Origin: an uncultured Gammaproteobacteria bacterium
GTDB taxonomy: Bacteria > Patescibacteriota > Microgenomatia > UBA8517
DNA length: 64,000 nt
Direction of reading: 5' to 3'
Assembly: GCA_964645605.1 (NCBI GenBank)
Contig: CAZYCE010000006.1
Location: 2,981-66,980 of the forward strand
Part shown: positions 9,260-17,884 of the stretch, in pieces
How positions within the stretch are numbered: position 1 is the stretch's first letter
Layout: each line of letters starts with the position of its first letter
The notes under the pieces: model-generated
What the model was told of the DNA's origin: nothing
The model's database searches: none
What the model saw: the letters and a program-made list of their open reading frames with translations, nothing else
Position numbers and translations under genes: made by a program

Positions 9260-9520
9260 ATGAAAGCATTTGTAAAAGATCTTAGTCATTATTTGGTCCT
9301 TTTTGGCATACTTCTTGCCGGATTCATCGGTCTCGTACTTTTTTCCTACGATAAAGCTTTTCAAACTGCAGTGGCTTCGGCACTTGTTATGGCCTACACT
9401 TCTTGGGGGATTTCTCATCATTATCTTCATGGAGATTTACACCTTGAGACGGTAATTGAGTATCTGGTTGTGGCTATCCTTGGTTTTGTAATAATATTTT
9501 CAATGATAATCCGGACGTGA
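9260..9520 (+). CDS. Hypothetical small membrane protein
   Basis: 86 aa, two or three hydrophobic helices. Confidence 0.35.
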   Translation: MKAFVKDLSHYLVLFGILLAGFIGLVLFSYDKAFQTAVASALVMAYTSWGISHHYLHGDLHLETVIEYLVVAILGFVIIFSMIIRT

Positions 9521-9558
9521 ATTTGACCCAAAAAACATGTTATACTTCTCTCACTGGT

Positions 9559-10449
9559 ATGAAAAAAGTTAGAAAGGCAGTTATCCCCGCCGCGGGTTTT
9601 GGTACCCGTTTTCTTCCCCAAACCAAGGCCATGCCTAAAGAAATGCTTCCCATTGTCGACAAGCCCGTTATCCAATATGTTGTTGAAGAACTGGTCGAGG
9701 CCGGAATTAAAGACATTATTATCGTCACCGGTTATCACAAACGTACGATTGAAGATCATTTCGATTTTCCCAATATGGATCTTATTGAAAATTTGAAAAT
9801 GGGCGGGGAAAAGAAAAAGCCTCTTCTGGAGGAGGTCGAAAAAATTGCCAATATGGCCAATTTTGTTTATGTCAGGCAAAAGGGTCCGTATGGGAACGGG
9901 ACGCCTCTGATGAATGTCAGACACCTGGTCGGTGATGAACCGTTTATCTACGCCTGGAGTGATGATTTTATTCAGGCTACCCCCTCGAGGTTTAAGCAGC
10001 TTATTGATGTTTACGAAAAATACGGAGGAAGCGTTTTGGGGGGAATGAAAGCTACGAAAGACGAGGATTATGACCGGTACGGTTTTGCGGGAGGAACTGA
10101 GGTTGAAGACGGCCTTATCAAAGCGGATGTTATTATCGAAAAACCCGGTAAGGAAAATGCCCCTTCTGACCTGGCAACGGTATCGGGATTTCTTTTTACG
10201 CCAGATATTTTCGGATACCTTCAGGAAGCCTGCAACAATCTAAAAGACGGGGATGAACTTTACTATAACGATGCCTTAAAGCTGATGCTTAAAGACGGAA
10301 AAGATGTTTATGCAGCTGAAATAAAAAACGGTAAATATTACGATACAGGCAACAAACTTGAATATCTTAAAACCGTTGTTGAATTTGCTCTCAAGCACCC
10401 GGATTTAAACGGAAAATTCAGAGAATATCTTAAATCCCTTGATCTTTAA
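9559..10449 (+). CDS. galU: UTP--glucose-1-phosphate uridylyltransferase
   Basis: MKKVRKAVIPAAGFGTRFLPQTKAMPKEMLPIVDKPVIQYVVEE is the canonical GalU N-terminus; internal ATG 9559 chosen over 9517. Confidence 0.85.
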   Translation: MKKVRKAVIPAAGFGTRFLPQTKAMPKEMLPIVDKPVIQYVVEELVEAGIKDIIIVTGYHKRTIEDHFDFPNMDLIENLKMGGEKKKPLLEEVEKIANMANFVYVRQKGPYGNGTPLMNVRHLVGDEPFIYAWSDDFIQATPSRFKQLIDVYEKYGGSVLGGMKATKDEDYDRYGFAGGTEVEDGLIKADVIIEKPGKENAPSDLATVSGFLFTPDIFGYLQEACNNLKDGDELYYNDALKLMLKDGKDVYAAEIKNGKYYDTGNKLEYLKTVVEFALKHPDLNGKFREYLKSLDL

Positions 10450-10451
10450 TC

Positions 10452-12374
10452 ATGAAGCTACTTGTTACAGGTGCTGCGGGTTTCATTGGCTCTAACTTTG
10501 TTTACTACTGGCTGGGAAAATATCCCAACGACGAGATAAGAGTAATCGACTCCCTAACTTACGCGGGAAATTTGGAAAATCTTACCCCAATAATTAAAAA
10601 AATTAAGTTTTTTGAGGCGGATATTAATGACCGTCCAAAAGTAAGGGAAGCCATGCGGGGGGTTGACGCAGTTGTTCATTATGCAGCAGAGAGCCATGTG
10701 GATAGAAGTATTTTTGACCCCAGCCGTTATTGGGAGACAAACGTTCATGGCACCCTGACGCTTCTTGAGGAGGCTCAGAAGCTGGGGATTGAAAGATTCC
10801 ACCATATTTCTACGGATGAAGTCTATGGAGAGCTCCCTTTGGACTCAAAGGATAAGTTCAGTGAAAAAACTCCCTATGCACCCCGCCCGGACAATCTTTA
10901 CGCTCTTTCCAAAGCCGAAGCCGATAATGTTGTTAAAGATTTTTATAAAAAGACCGGAATGTTTATAACGATATCCAACTGTTCAAATAATTATGGCCCT
11001 TTTCAATTTCCGGAAAAATTTATTCCGATTGTAATTACAAATCTGATCGACGGAATAAAAGTGCCTATTCATGGTGACGGAAAAAATGTGAGGGATTGGA
11101 TCCACACACGTGACCATGCCTCGGCAGTTGATTTAATTTTACAAAAAGGAAAAAAAGGAGAAACTTATTTAGTAGGTTCAAGTAACGACAGAGACAATGA
11201 TTATATAGCCAAAAAGATAGTTAGCCTTTACGGAAAAGATGAAAGCGTTATAAGGTATGTGCCGGATCGTCACAGTAACGATAGACGCTACGCCATTGAT
11301 GCCACAAAAATTATTAAAGAGCTTGGTTGGAAACCGCAAATCGGCAGGGATAATTTTGACGAGGGTTTAAAAGAGACAATAAAGTGGTACAAGGAGAATC
11401 AAGGTTGGTGGAGGCCGCTTCTCAAAAGACGAGCTTCAATTACCGATGATGAAAAGACAATAAGTGCATTTATTTCACTTGATCGCGAGACCGGAAAAAC
11501 AAAGTTTGTTTTTGGAAAACTTGAGGAGCAAACGAGGACGACGCTGCCTAAAAGCAATCTAAGCAAACATTTCATCGAGCAAAATTCAGTCCGCTATGAA
11601 ATTGTCATGAGAAATCTCAAATCCAAGAAATGGTACCGGAAAAGCCCGCATAAAATTAAAAGGGAAATAGAAACTCTTGCCGTAAATCCCGGCACATTCG
11701 GCTATGTGGAGGATCTGTCTCTGAGGGACGACAAGGTGAATGGTGACACGCTTCTGAAACTCGCAAAAATTGAACACGGTGAACCCAGGTATGGTATTTA
11801 CGGTATAGCGTCCTGGTTTGAGGTTGAAAATGAAAAAGGTGAAAAAAGAATGGAAGGTTACTATTCTTGGGGATGGGGACCTAAATCAGGTGCTAAACTT
11901 TTGGTTTTGCTAAAAAGACACGGAGAAATTACCCACATTGCTTTTCAAAAAGAAGTAAGGTTTCCGATGGGGTCAGAAGCTTACAACCTTGCCGGAGGAT
12001 TTCCTAAACTGAATGAAAGCGTGCTCAACTTTATAGTAAGGTCTCTGAAAAAAGATCTGAATTTAGACAGTAAAGACGGAGATTTTACACTGAGTGAAAT
12101 AGTAAGTTTGGGTAGGGTTGTTCCCGATTCAGGCATGACGAATAATCACCCGAATCTATATGCCGTTATTTTGGAAACGGATGATAAAAAGTTTTTAAAA
12201 GCCACTCCCGGCAAGAAATTTGAGAACCATGATATTGTCCTTTGGCCGATTAGCGAAATTTCTGAGGTGGTCAATAAGTGTGACGACTCATATTTTCTTT
12301 CGGCAATGGCCAGACTGACCCTTTCGGGAATTTATACAATGAATCTTTCGGAGAACAACAAGAAGAATGACTGA
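10452..12374 (+). CDS. rfbB: dTDP-glucose 4,6-dehydratase (RmlB) fused to an uncharacterised ~300-aa C-terminal domain
   Basis: First ~330 aa: GAAGFIGSNF, YALSKAEAD (YxxxK), HISTDEVYG. Residues ~330-640 (11442-12374) have no dehydratase similarity and carry a degenerate Nudix-like box GX5EX7R (11994-12059). Confidence 0.8.
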   Translation: MKLLVTGAAGFIGSNFVYYWLGKYPNDEIRVIDSLTYAGNLENLTPIIKKIKFFEADINDRPKVREAMRGVDAVVHYAAESHVDRSIFDPSRYWETNVHGTLTLLEEAQKLGIERFHHISTDEVYGELPLDSKDKFSEKTPYAPRPDNLYALSKAEADNVVKDFYKKTGMFITISNCSNNYGPFQFPEKFIPIVITNLIDGIKVPIHGDGKNVRDWIHTRDHASAVDLILQKGKKGETYLVGSSNDRDNDYIAKKIVSLYGKDESVIRYVPDRHSNDRRYAIDATKIIKELGWKPQIGRDNFDEGLKETIKWYKENQGWWRPLLKRRASITDDEKTISAFISLDRETGKTKFVFGKLEEQTRTTLPKSNLSKHFIEQNSVRYEIVMRNLKSKKWYRKSPHKIKREIETLAVNPGTFGYVEDLSLRDDKVNGDTLLKLAKIEHGEPRYGIYGIASWFEVENEKGEKRMEGYYSWGWGPKSGAKLLVLLKRHGEITHIAFQKEVRFPMGSEAYNLAGGFPKLNESVLNFIVRSLKKDLNLDSKDGDFTLSEIVSLGRVVPDSGMTNNHPNLYAVILETDDKKFLKATPGKKFENHDIVLWPISEISEVVNKCDDSYFLSAMARLTLSGIYTMNLSENNKKND

Positions 12375-12936
12375 TCAATCAAACATAATTAAAACTTCAA
12401 TTTCGGGGGTTGTTTTAATCCAAAGACCCGTTCATGGAGATGCACGGGGTTTCGTCCACGAGCCGTACAATAAACAGGAATTACAGGAGGCAACCGGAGT
12501 GGAATTTAATCCTGTCCAGTGGACCCACGCCTATATAAAACCCGGGGTAATCAAGGCTATACACACTGAAAATTGGAACAAACTTATTTATCCGGTCACG
12601 GGGGTTTTATATGCGCCGATTGCAGACTTAAGACCCGAATCGCCGACTTTTGGTAAGGTTGAATATATCACAATTGATAATACCAAGCCCGATTCTCCCC
12701 GACAGGCAATATTCTTACCCAAGGGAGGCATCGGAAATTCGGTATGTGTTCTGGGAACCGAGATGATGCACTATTTTTACCTTATCGATGAATATTGGGA
12801 TGACTCAAAGGCTAAGGGCGTTGCCTGGAATGATCCGGATTTGGGTATAAAATGGCCGATTGAAAATCCTGTTCTTTCTGAGCGCGATCAACATAACCCT
12901 ACATTGAGAGAAGTTTTCCCCGAAAAATTTAAATGA
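12367..12936 (+). CDS. rfbC: dTDP-4-dehydrorhamnose 3,5-epimerase
   Basis: Cupin-fold RmlC motifs: HGDARGF, AWNDPDLGIKWP. Confidence 0.85.
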   Translation: MTDQSNIIKTSISGVVLIQRPVHGDARGFVHEPYNKQELQEATGVEFNPVQWTHAYIKPGVIKAIHTENWNKLIYPVTGVLYAPIADLRPESPTFGKVEYITIDNTKPDSPRQAIFLPKGGIGNSVCVLGTEMMHYFYLIDEYWDDSKAKGVAWNDPDLGIKWPIENPVLSERDQHNPTLREVFPEKFK

Positions 12937-12952
12937 CATTCAATTCCAAATT

Positions 12953-13849
12953 ATGAAAAAAGTACTCGTTATCGGCGGAAGCGGCATGGTTGCCTCAAGA
13001 GTCATTGATCTGTGGAAAGAAAAATTTGAGGTAATCTCGCCGGATGAAAAAACTCTTGATATAACAAGCAAGGAGGCGGTCAGGAATTATTTTGAGTCTA
13101 ATTTTTATGATGCGGCGATAAATTTTGCGGCATTCACAAATGTTGATGCCGCCGAGGCCCAAAAGAGGGATGAAAAGGGACTTGTTTGGAAACTTAACGT
13201 CCTGGGTCCAAGATATTTGGCAGAGGAGTGTAAAAAGAAAAATATTTTCTTGATTCATATATCAACGGATTTTGTTTTCCCCGGAAATGAAACAAACCCC
13301 GGGCCATATTCCGAGGATTCGTTATTACCTGAAAAAGCCGACGGAATAGGCTGGTATGGATGGAGTAAAAACATGGCAGAAAAAGAGGTATCCTCGTCAG
13401 GCTGTAAAAACGCAATTGTTAGGTACGGATATCCGTTTAGGGCGGATAAATTTGATCTTAAGCTTGATTGGGCTAGAAATTTGCTCAAATTATATAACGA
13501 ACAAAAATTATATCCGCTCTTTACCGACCAAGTTCAAAGTGTGGTTTTTATTGACGATTTAGCTCTTCCTCTAGCCAGGATTATTACGGGTGAAATAGAA
13601 GGTGTTTTCCATATTGCGTCCAAAGACACGACCTCTCCATATGAAATAGGAGCTTATCTCCTGGAAAAATATGCCGGCAAAACCGTTGAAATTCAAAAGG
13701 GGTCAATGGCAGAGTTTTTGGCGGTACCCGGAAGGACCCCAAGGCCACGTTTGGGGGGACTGAGTGTTGAAAAAACCGAAAAACGGTTGGGGATGAATTT
13801 CAAAACCTGGAAAGAAATGGTAGATGAGTTTATTTCTCAGCTTAAGTAA
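12953..13849 (+). CDS. rfbD: dTDP-4-dehydrorhamnose reductase
   Basis: MKKVLVIGGSGMVAS Rossmann fold, LDITSKEAV and AAFTNVDAAE regions typical of RmlD; operon position after rmlB and rmlC. Confidence 0.75.
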   Translation: MKKVLVIGGSGMVASRVIDLWKEKFEVISPDEKTLDITSKEAVRNYFESNFYDAAINFAAFTNVDAAEAQKRDEKGLVWKLNVLGPRYLAEECKKKNIFLIHISTDFVFPGNETNPGPYSEDSLLPEKADGIGWYGWSKNMAEKEVSSSGCKNAIVRYGYPFRADKFDLKLDWARNLLKLYNEQKLYPLFTDQVQSVVFIDDLALPLARIITGEIEGVFHIASKDTTSPYEIGAYLLEKYAGKTVEIQKGSMAEFLAVPGRTPRPRLGGLSVEKTEKRLGMNFKTWKEMVDEFISQLK

Positions 13850-13850
13850 G

Positions 13851-14480
13851 TCATTTTCCTCTCCACTTGTCGATTTCGCCGTGATTTCCGGAAAGCAATA
13901 TTTTTGGTACTTCCCAGTCTTTGTATTTTTCCGGTCTGGTGTACTGAGGATATTCCAGGTATCCCGGCTCCATGTGCGATTCTTCAAGAGACGATTTGTC
14001 TTTGCCCAAAACTCCGGGTATCAGACGGATTACGGAATCAACGATTACCATTGAAGGAATTTCTCCGCCAGTAAGAATATAGTCGCCGATGGAAATTACT
14101 TCATCCGCAAGGTGTTCATGGACCCTATGATCTACACCTTCGTAATGGCCGGCAATTAAAATAATATGCTTTTCCCCGGACAGTTCTTTAGCTTTTCCCT
14201 GCTCAAACTTTGTCCCGGTTGCATCGAGAAGTATTACCTTCGAATTCTTGGTGCGTAAATCTTTGAGGGCTTTGTCGATGATATCAACTCTTAAAATCAT
14301 GCCGACTCCTCCTCCGTAGGGTCTGTCGTCGACATCTTGTCTTTTGCCTTCACCCCAGTCTCTCAGATTGTGAACCTTAACTTCCAGAAATCCTTTCGAC
14401 TGAGCGCGTTTGATAATGGAAGCGTCAAATGGTCCCTTAAACATTTCCGGGAAAAGCGTCAGAACATCAATTTTCAGCAT
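13851..14480 (-). CDS. trmD: tRNA (guanine37-N1)-methyltransferase
   Basis: [15 protein letters not shown]-terminus, SPOUT knot region ILLDATG...GHYEGVD. Confidence 0.9.
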   Translation of the reverse strand: MLKIDVLTLFPEMFKGPFDASIIKRAQSKGFLEVKVHNLRDWGEGKRQDVDDRPYGGGVGMILRVDIIDKALKDLRTKNSKVILLDATGTKFEQGKAKELSGEKHIILIAGHYEGVDHRVHEHLADEVISIGDYILTGGEIPSMVIVDSVIRLIPGVLGKDKSSLEESHMEPGYLEYPQYTRPEKYKDWEVPKILLSGNHGEIDKWRGK

Positions 14481-14513
14481 GACCCTTGTATTTTAGCAAC
14501 GGATTGAGATAAA

Positions 14514-15665
14514 GTGAACTATATGGATAAAGTTGTAATAATCATGCCCACTTGGAACGAGCTGGAAAATATTAAGGAAATGGTCCAGGTTCTTACGGAA
14601 GAGGAATTTCCCAAAATTAACGCCGATATGGAGCTTCTGGTGGTCGACAATCATTCTACAGACGGTACCGCCGAGGTGGTCGAGGCAGCCGCGAGTACTC
14701 ACAAAAATGTTCACATAGTCCAACAACTAAACAACGGACTTGGCTGGGCATATGTTACCGGTATGCGCTACGCAATGGAAAAACTTAATGCAGATGCCGT
14801 GATGGAAATGGATGCGGATTTTCAACACCCTCCGCGTTTTGTCAAACCCATGGTTGAAGCTTATCTGAATGGAGCGGATTATGTTATCGGTAGCCGTTAT
14901 ATTAAAGGCGGTTCGGTTCCGAAGGATTGGGCAATCAGCAGGAAAGCAGTAAGCTTTTTCGGAAATATGTTTATCCGTATTTGCCTTTTGAATTTTAAAA
15001 TTCACGATCTGACCACAGGTTTCAGACTTACTAAAGTTCATGGAGTGCTGGATAAAATTGAACTCGAAAAACTTCACAACCTTGACAGATTTTCCCATAA
15101 AGTTGACCTTCTTTATCAGTCGCTTAAAAATTCCACAAAAACCGTGGAAGTGCCGTTGGAATTTGCCTCCAGGACTAAAGAGAAATCTAAATTTAATTGG
15201 AAGGAAATGATTGCCACTTTTAAATTGGCGATTGTCTTGGGAATAAAGGATAAAGAACGTTTTATTAAGTTTGGCACGGTTGGGTTTATTGGTTATCTGG
15301 TTAATGCGATTTTCCTTAAAATTCTGACTGTAGCAGGTAGCCCCGGCATTATTGCTTGGTCACTCCCGGTGGAATTGTCGATAATCAGCAATTTTATTTT
15401 GAACAATATTTGGACTTTTAAGAAGGAAAAAATTAAAGGAGTAAAGGCGATCGGTTTAAAGTTTTTGCAGTTTAACGGTACTTCATTAGGAGCTCTTTTG
15501 ATTCAGACTGTTGCCGGAAGCGCTGGCGATATTTTATTCGGGGTTGGTGCCAGGCAAATTCTCTTACCGTTCATAATAGTATTTTTGGTTTTGCCTTATA
15601 ATTATTTTATGTATAATGCTGTTATTTGGAAAACGTGGAAGTTGCCTTGGGCAAAGAAGTCTTAG
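14514..15665 (+). CDS. Polyprenyl-phosphate sugar synthase (DPM1/GtrB-like GT2) fused to a GtrA-like flippase domain
   Basis: N-terminal GT2: IIMPTWNELENI, VVDNHSTDGT, EMDADFQHPP. C-terminal four-TM domain with GtrA signature FIKFGTVGFIGYLVNAIFLKIL...ISNFILNNIWTFK. Confidence 0.75.
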   Translation: MNYMDKVVIIMPTWNELENIKEMVQVLTEEEFPKINADMELLVVDNHSTDGTAEVVEAAASTHKNVHIVQQLNNGLGWAYVTGMRYAMEKLNADAVMEMDADFQHPPRFVKPMVEAYLNGADYVIGSRYIKGGSVPKDWAISRKAVSFFGNMFIRICLLNFKIHDLTTGFRLTKVHGVLDKIELEKLHNLDRFSHKVDLLYQSLKNSTKTVEVPLEFASRTKEKSKFNWKEMIATFKLAIVLGIKDKERFIKFGTVGFIGYLVNAIFLKILTVAGSPGIIAWSLPVELSIISNFILNNIWTFKKEKIKGVKAIGLKFLQFNGTSLGALLIQTVAGSAGDILFGVGARQILLPFIIVFLVLPYNYFMYNAVIWKTWKLPWAKKS

Positions 15666-15670
15666 CTTTT

Positions 15671-15970
15671 TCAGGTCGAAGCTTGGTAGACAACCGTTTC
15701 CTGACGAATATCTTTATATTCCTTCATTTTCTCTTCAATTAAATCGGTTTCAATAAGGTCATGGACCAGGGGACGCACTTCACCCCTTTGGGCATATTGT
15801 GTTTGAGATTTTCCGTCGCAATGCGGGCAAATATCTCTTGGGGGAAAACTTGGTTCATTACAGTTTGAACAAATGCTTCCGGTCAGCCTGTATCTTTGTT
15901 GATTTGCGCGCCAATATCTGGGGGCTTCCATTTGATAAATAGTTAGTCGGGAATCCTGGAAAAAACCCAT
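15671..15970 (-). CDS. Hypothetical zinc-ribbon protein
   Basis: CSNCN...CPHCDG, two CxxC pairs; 99 aa. Confidence 0.4.
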   Translation of the reverse strand: MGFFQDSRLTIYQMEAPRYWRANQQRYRLTGSICSNCNEPSFPPRDICPHCDGKSQTQYAQRGEVRPLVHDLIETDLIEEKMKEYKDIRQETVVYQAST

Positions 15971-15989
15971 GAATTAAGCTCTAAACGTT

Positions 15990-17156
15990 TTAGAGAAATG
16001 GAGCCCAATTGCTGATCGGCATAACGTTTTGGGAGATGAAGGCTAGGGAATATAGATAAATCGGAATTGCAATAATTCCAAGAGCTATTTTAACCTCTCT
16101 TTTGGCCAGTACGTCCGAGAACGCAACAAAAAGAAACGGAACTGCCGGTAGGAAATATCTTAGAATATCCCGGTGGGCCACAAATAAAATTACCAGAAAA
16201 AACAAACCGGCGAACGAAGCATATTCAAATTCCTTTTTCTGAAAGAGTTTATAAACTCCGATCGCACCCATTACATAAATAAATATAATTTCCTCAAGCC
16301 AGTATGTTCCCACCCAGGGCGTTGCATAGTTGAATATCTGAAACGGGGGAAATCCCAGGTGAATATTGTCCCCGGAGTGAAAATAGGCCAAGAAATTCCC
16401 TTGGGTGACTTGATAAAAAACAAAAACCAGGAGTAGTCCTACCGGAATCAACAAAAGCGGGTAGATCTTTTTGAAATTAAAGCTTAATTTTTTATTTCTG
16501 ATCGACTCAAGTAGATAGTAGATTCCGTATGCTCCGAAAAGGAGAATGCCCGGGGATTTAGTAAAAGTTGCAATCATTCCCCAGACACCACTTAGCCAGA
16601 ACTTTTTATTTTTGAAATAATAAACCGAGGCGATAATGCCGGCAACGAAAAGAGGGTCGGCGGACCCTACCGACCTTACGATCAACCATCTCGCAGGGAA
16701 AATTGAAAAAAGAAAGGTCAAAAACATTGCATTTTTTTCATCAACAAACTGAGAAATAAGCTTTTCGAAGAAAAAAATTGCCAAAAATGACGAGATGGCG
16801 GTCACTGCTAGCATTGCGTACGGGTAATTAATAATGACTCCAAACAGCCTTATTAATAACGGGAACAAAGGGAAGTGGGCTGCGTAGTATTCAGTAGGTA
16901 AAGGAAATTGAAAATTGGCTCCAATTAAGGCCTTGTTATATAAGGTTTTGGCAACAACCATATAAAGAGGTCCGTCATAATTTGATACGATGGTTGTCAT
17001 TCCGTCTTGCGGGAGGGGAATTCCCCAAAAAGAATCCAGTCTTAGGAAAAAAGGTAGCCAAACCAAAAGCGTCGGGACAAGAGCAAAAGCTGCAATAAGA
17101 AAAATTTTGCCAAATTTTTTACTCATCAGAATGATATTAGCATGAGATGAGCCCAA
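15990..17156 (-). CDS. Polytopic membrane protein, probable GT-C-fold glycosyltransferase
   Basis: 388 aa, about 10 TM helices, aromatic-rich loops; no precise family assignment possible by eye. Confidence 0.45.
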   Translation of the reverse strand: MGSSHANIILMSKKFGKIFLIAAFALVPTLLVWLPFFLRLDSFWGIPLPQDGMTTIVSNYDGPLYMVVAKTLYNKALIGANFQFPLPTEYYAAHFPLFPLLIRLFGVIINYPYAMLAVTAISSFLAIFFFEKLISQFVDEKNAMFLTFLFSIFPARWLIVRSVGSADPLFVAGIIASVYYFKNKKFWLSGVWGMIATFTKSPGILLFGAYGIYYLLESIRNKKLSFNFKKIYPLLLIPVGLLLVFVFYQVTQGNFLAYFHSGDNIHLGFPPFQIFNYATPWVGTYWLEEIIFIYVMGAIGVYKLFQKKEFEYASFAGLFFLVILFVAHRDILRYFLPAVPFLFVAFSDVLAKREVKIALGIIAIPIYLYSLAFISQNVMPISNWAPFL

Positions 17157-17173
17157 TATGCTAGACTTCGTAT

Positions 17174-17884
17174 GTGGACACTCTTATCAAAGAATTATCC
17201 GTTTTTCTGCCTACATACAACGAGGAAGGTAACATAGCAGGAGTAATTGAAAATGTCGTCAAGGCTGCTTCTCAAAATGCCGAAAAATGGGAATTAATAG
17301 TGGTAGATGACGGTTCTATCGATTCAACGGCAGAAATTGTTTCAAAATTTGTAGAGTCAGACAGCCGCATTAAAATAATTAAGCACAAGAAAAATTCCGG
17401 TTATGGAGCGTCTCTCAAAACAGGGTTATACAATTCGAAATATAATTGGATTTCATTTATAGATTCCGACGGCCAGTTTGATTTCGGCGAAATAAATAAA
17501 TTTATTCAAAAGCAAAAGGAAACGGGAGCGGATATCGTCATTGGTTACTACAAAAAAAGAAAGGCGTCATCCTTAAAAATAATCACCAGTAAAATTTGGG
17601 AAGCCCTGGTGTTCATCCTTTTCGGTCTTAAAGTACGGGATATTGATTGTGGATTTAAACTTATTTCCAAAAGGGTGATTGAAAAAATTCCCAAACTGGA
17701 AAGTGAAAGAGGGGCGTTTATCAGCAGTGAACTATTGGTTAAGGCAAAAAAGAACGGATTCAAAATAGTGGAGATTCCCGTTACTCATTACCCGCGGTTA
17801 AAAGGAGAAGGGACGGGAAGAAAATTAAATGTGATTGTCGAAAGCTTCATAGATCTTTTCAGGCTGTGGAAAAAATTGCGATGA
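17174..17884 (+). CDS. GT2 polyprenyl-phosphate glycosyltransferase (DPM1/GtrB-like)
   Basis: LSVFLPTYNEEGNI, VVDDGSIDST, FIDSDGQFD. Confidence 0.8.
   Translation: MDTLIKELSVFLPTYNEEGNIAGVIENVVKAASQNAEKWELIVVDDGSIDSTAEIVSKFVESDSRIKIIKHKKNSGYGASLKTGLYNSKYNWISFIDSDGQFDFGEINKFIQKQKETGADIVIGYYKKRKASSLKIITSKIWEALVFILFGLKVRDIDCGFKLISKRVIEKIPKLESERGAFISSELLVKAKKNGFKIVEIPVTHYPRLKGEGTGRKLNVIVESFIDLFRLWKKLR

Noticed and set aside
9427-9924. 165-aa minus-strand ORF
   Set aside because: Fully embedded antisense to the well-supported galU gene; no motif. The same reasoning applies to other antisense ORFs in the track (for example 581-973, 22983-23312, 38184-38534, 41148-41549, 52646-52990, 60581-61006).
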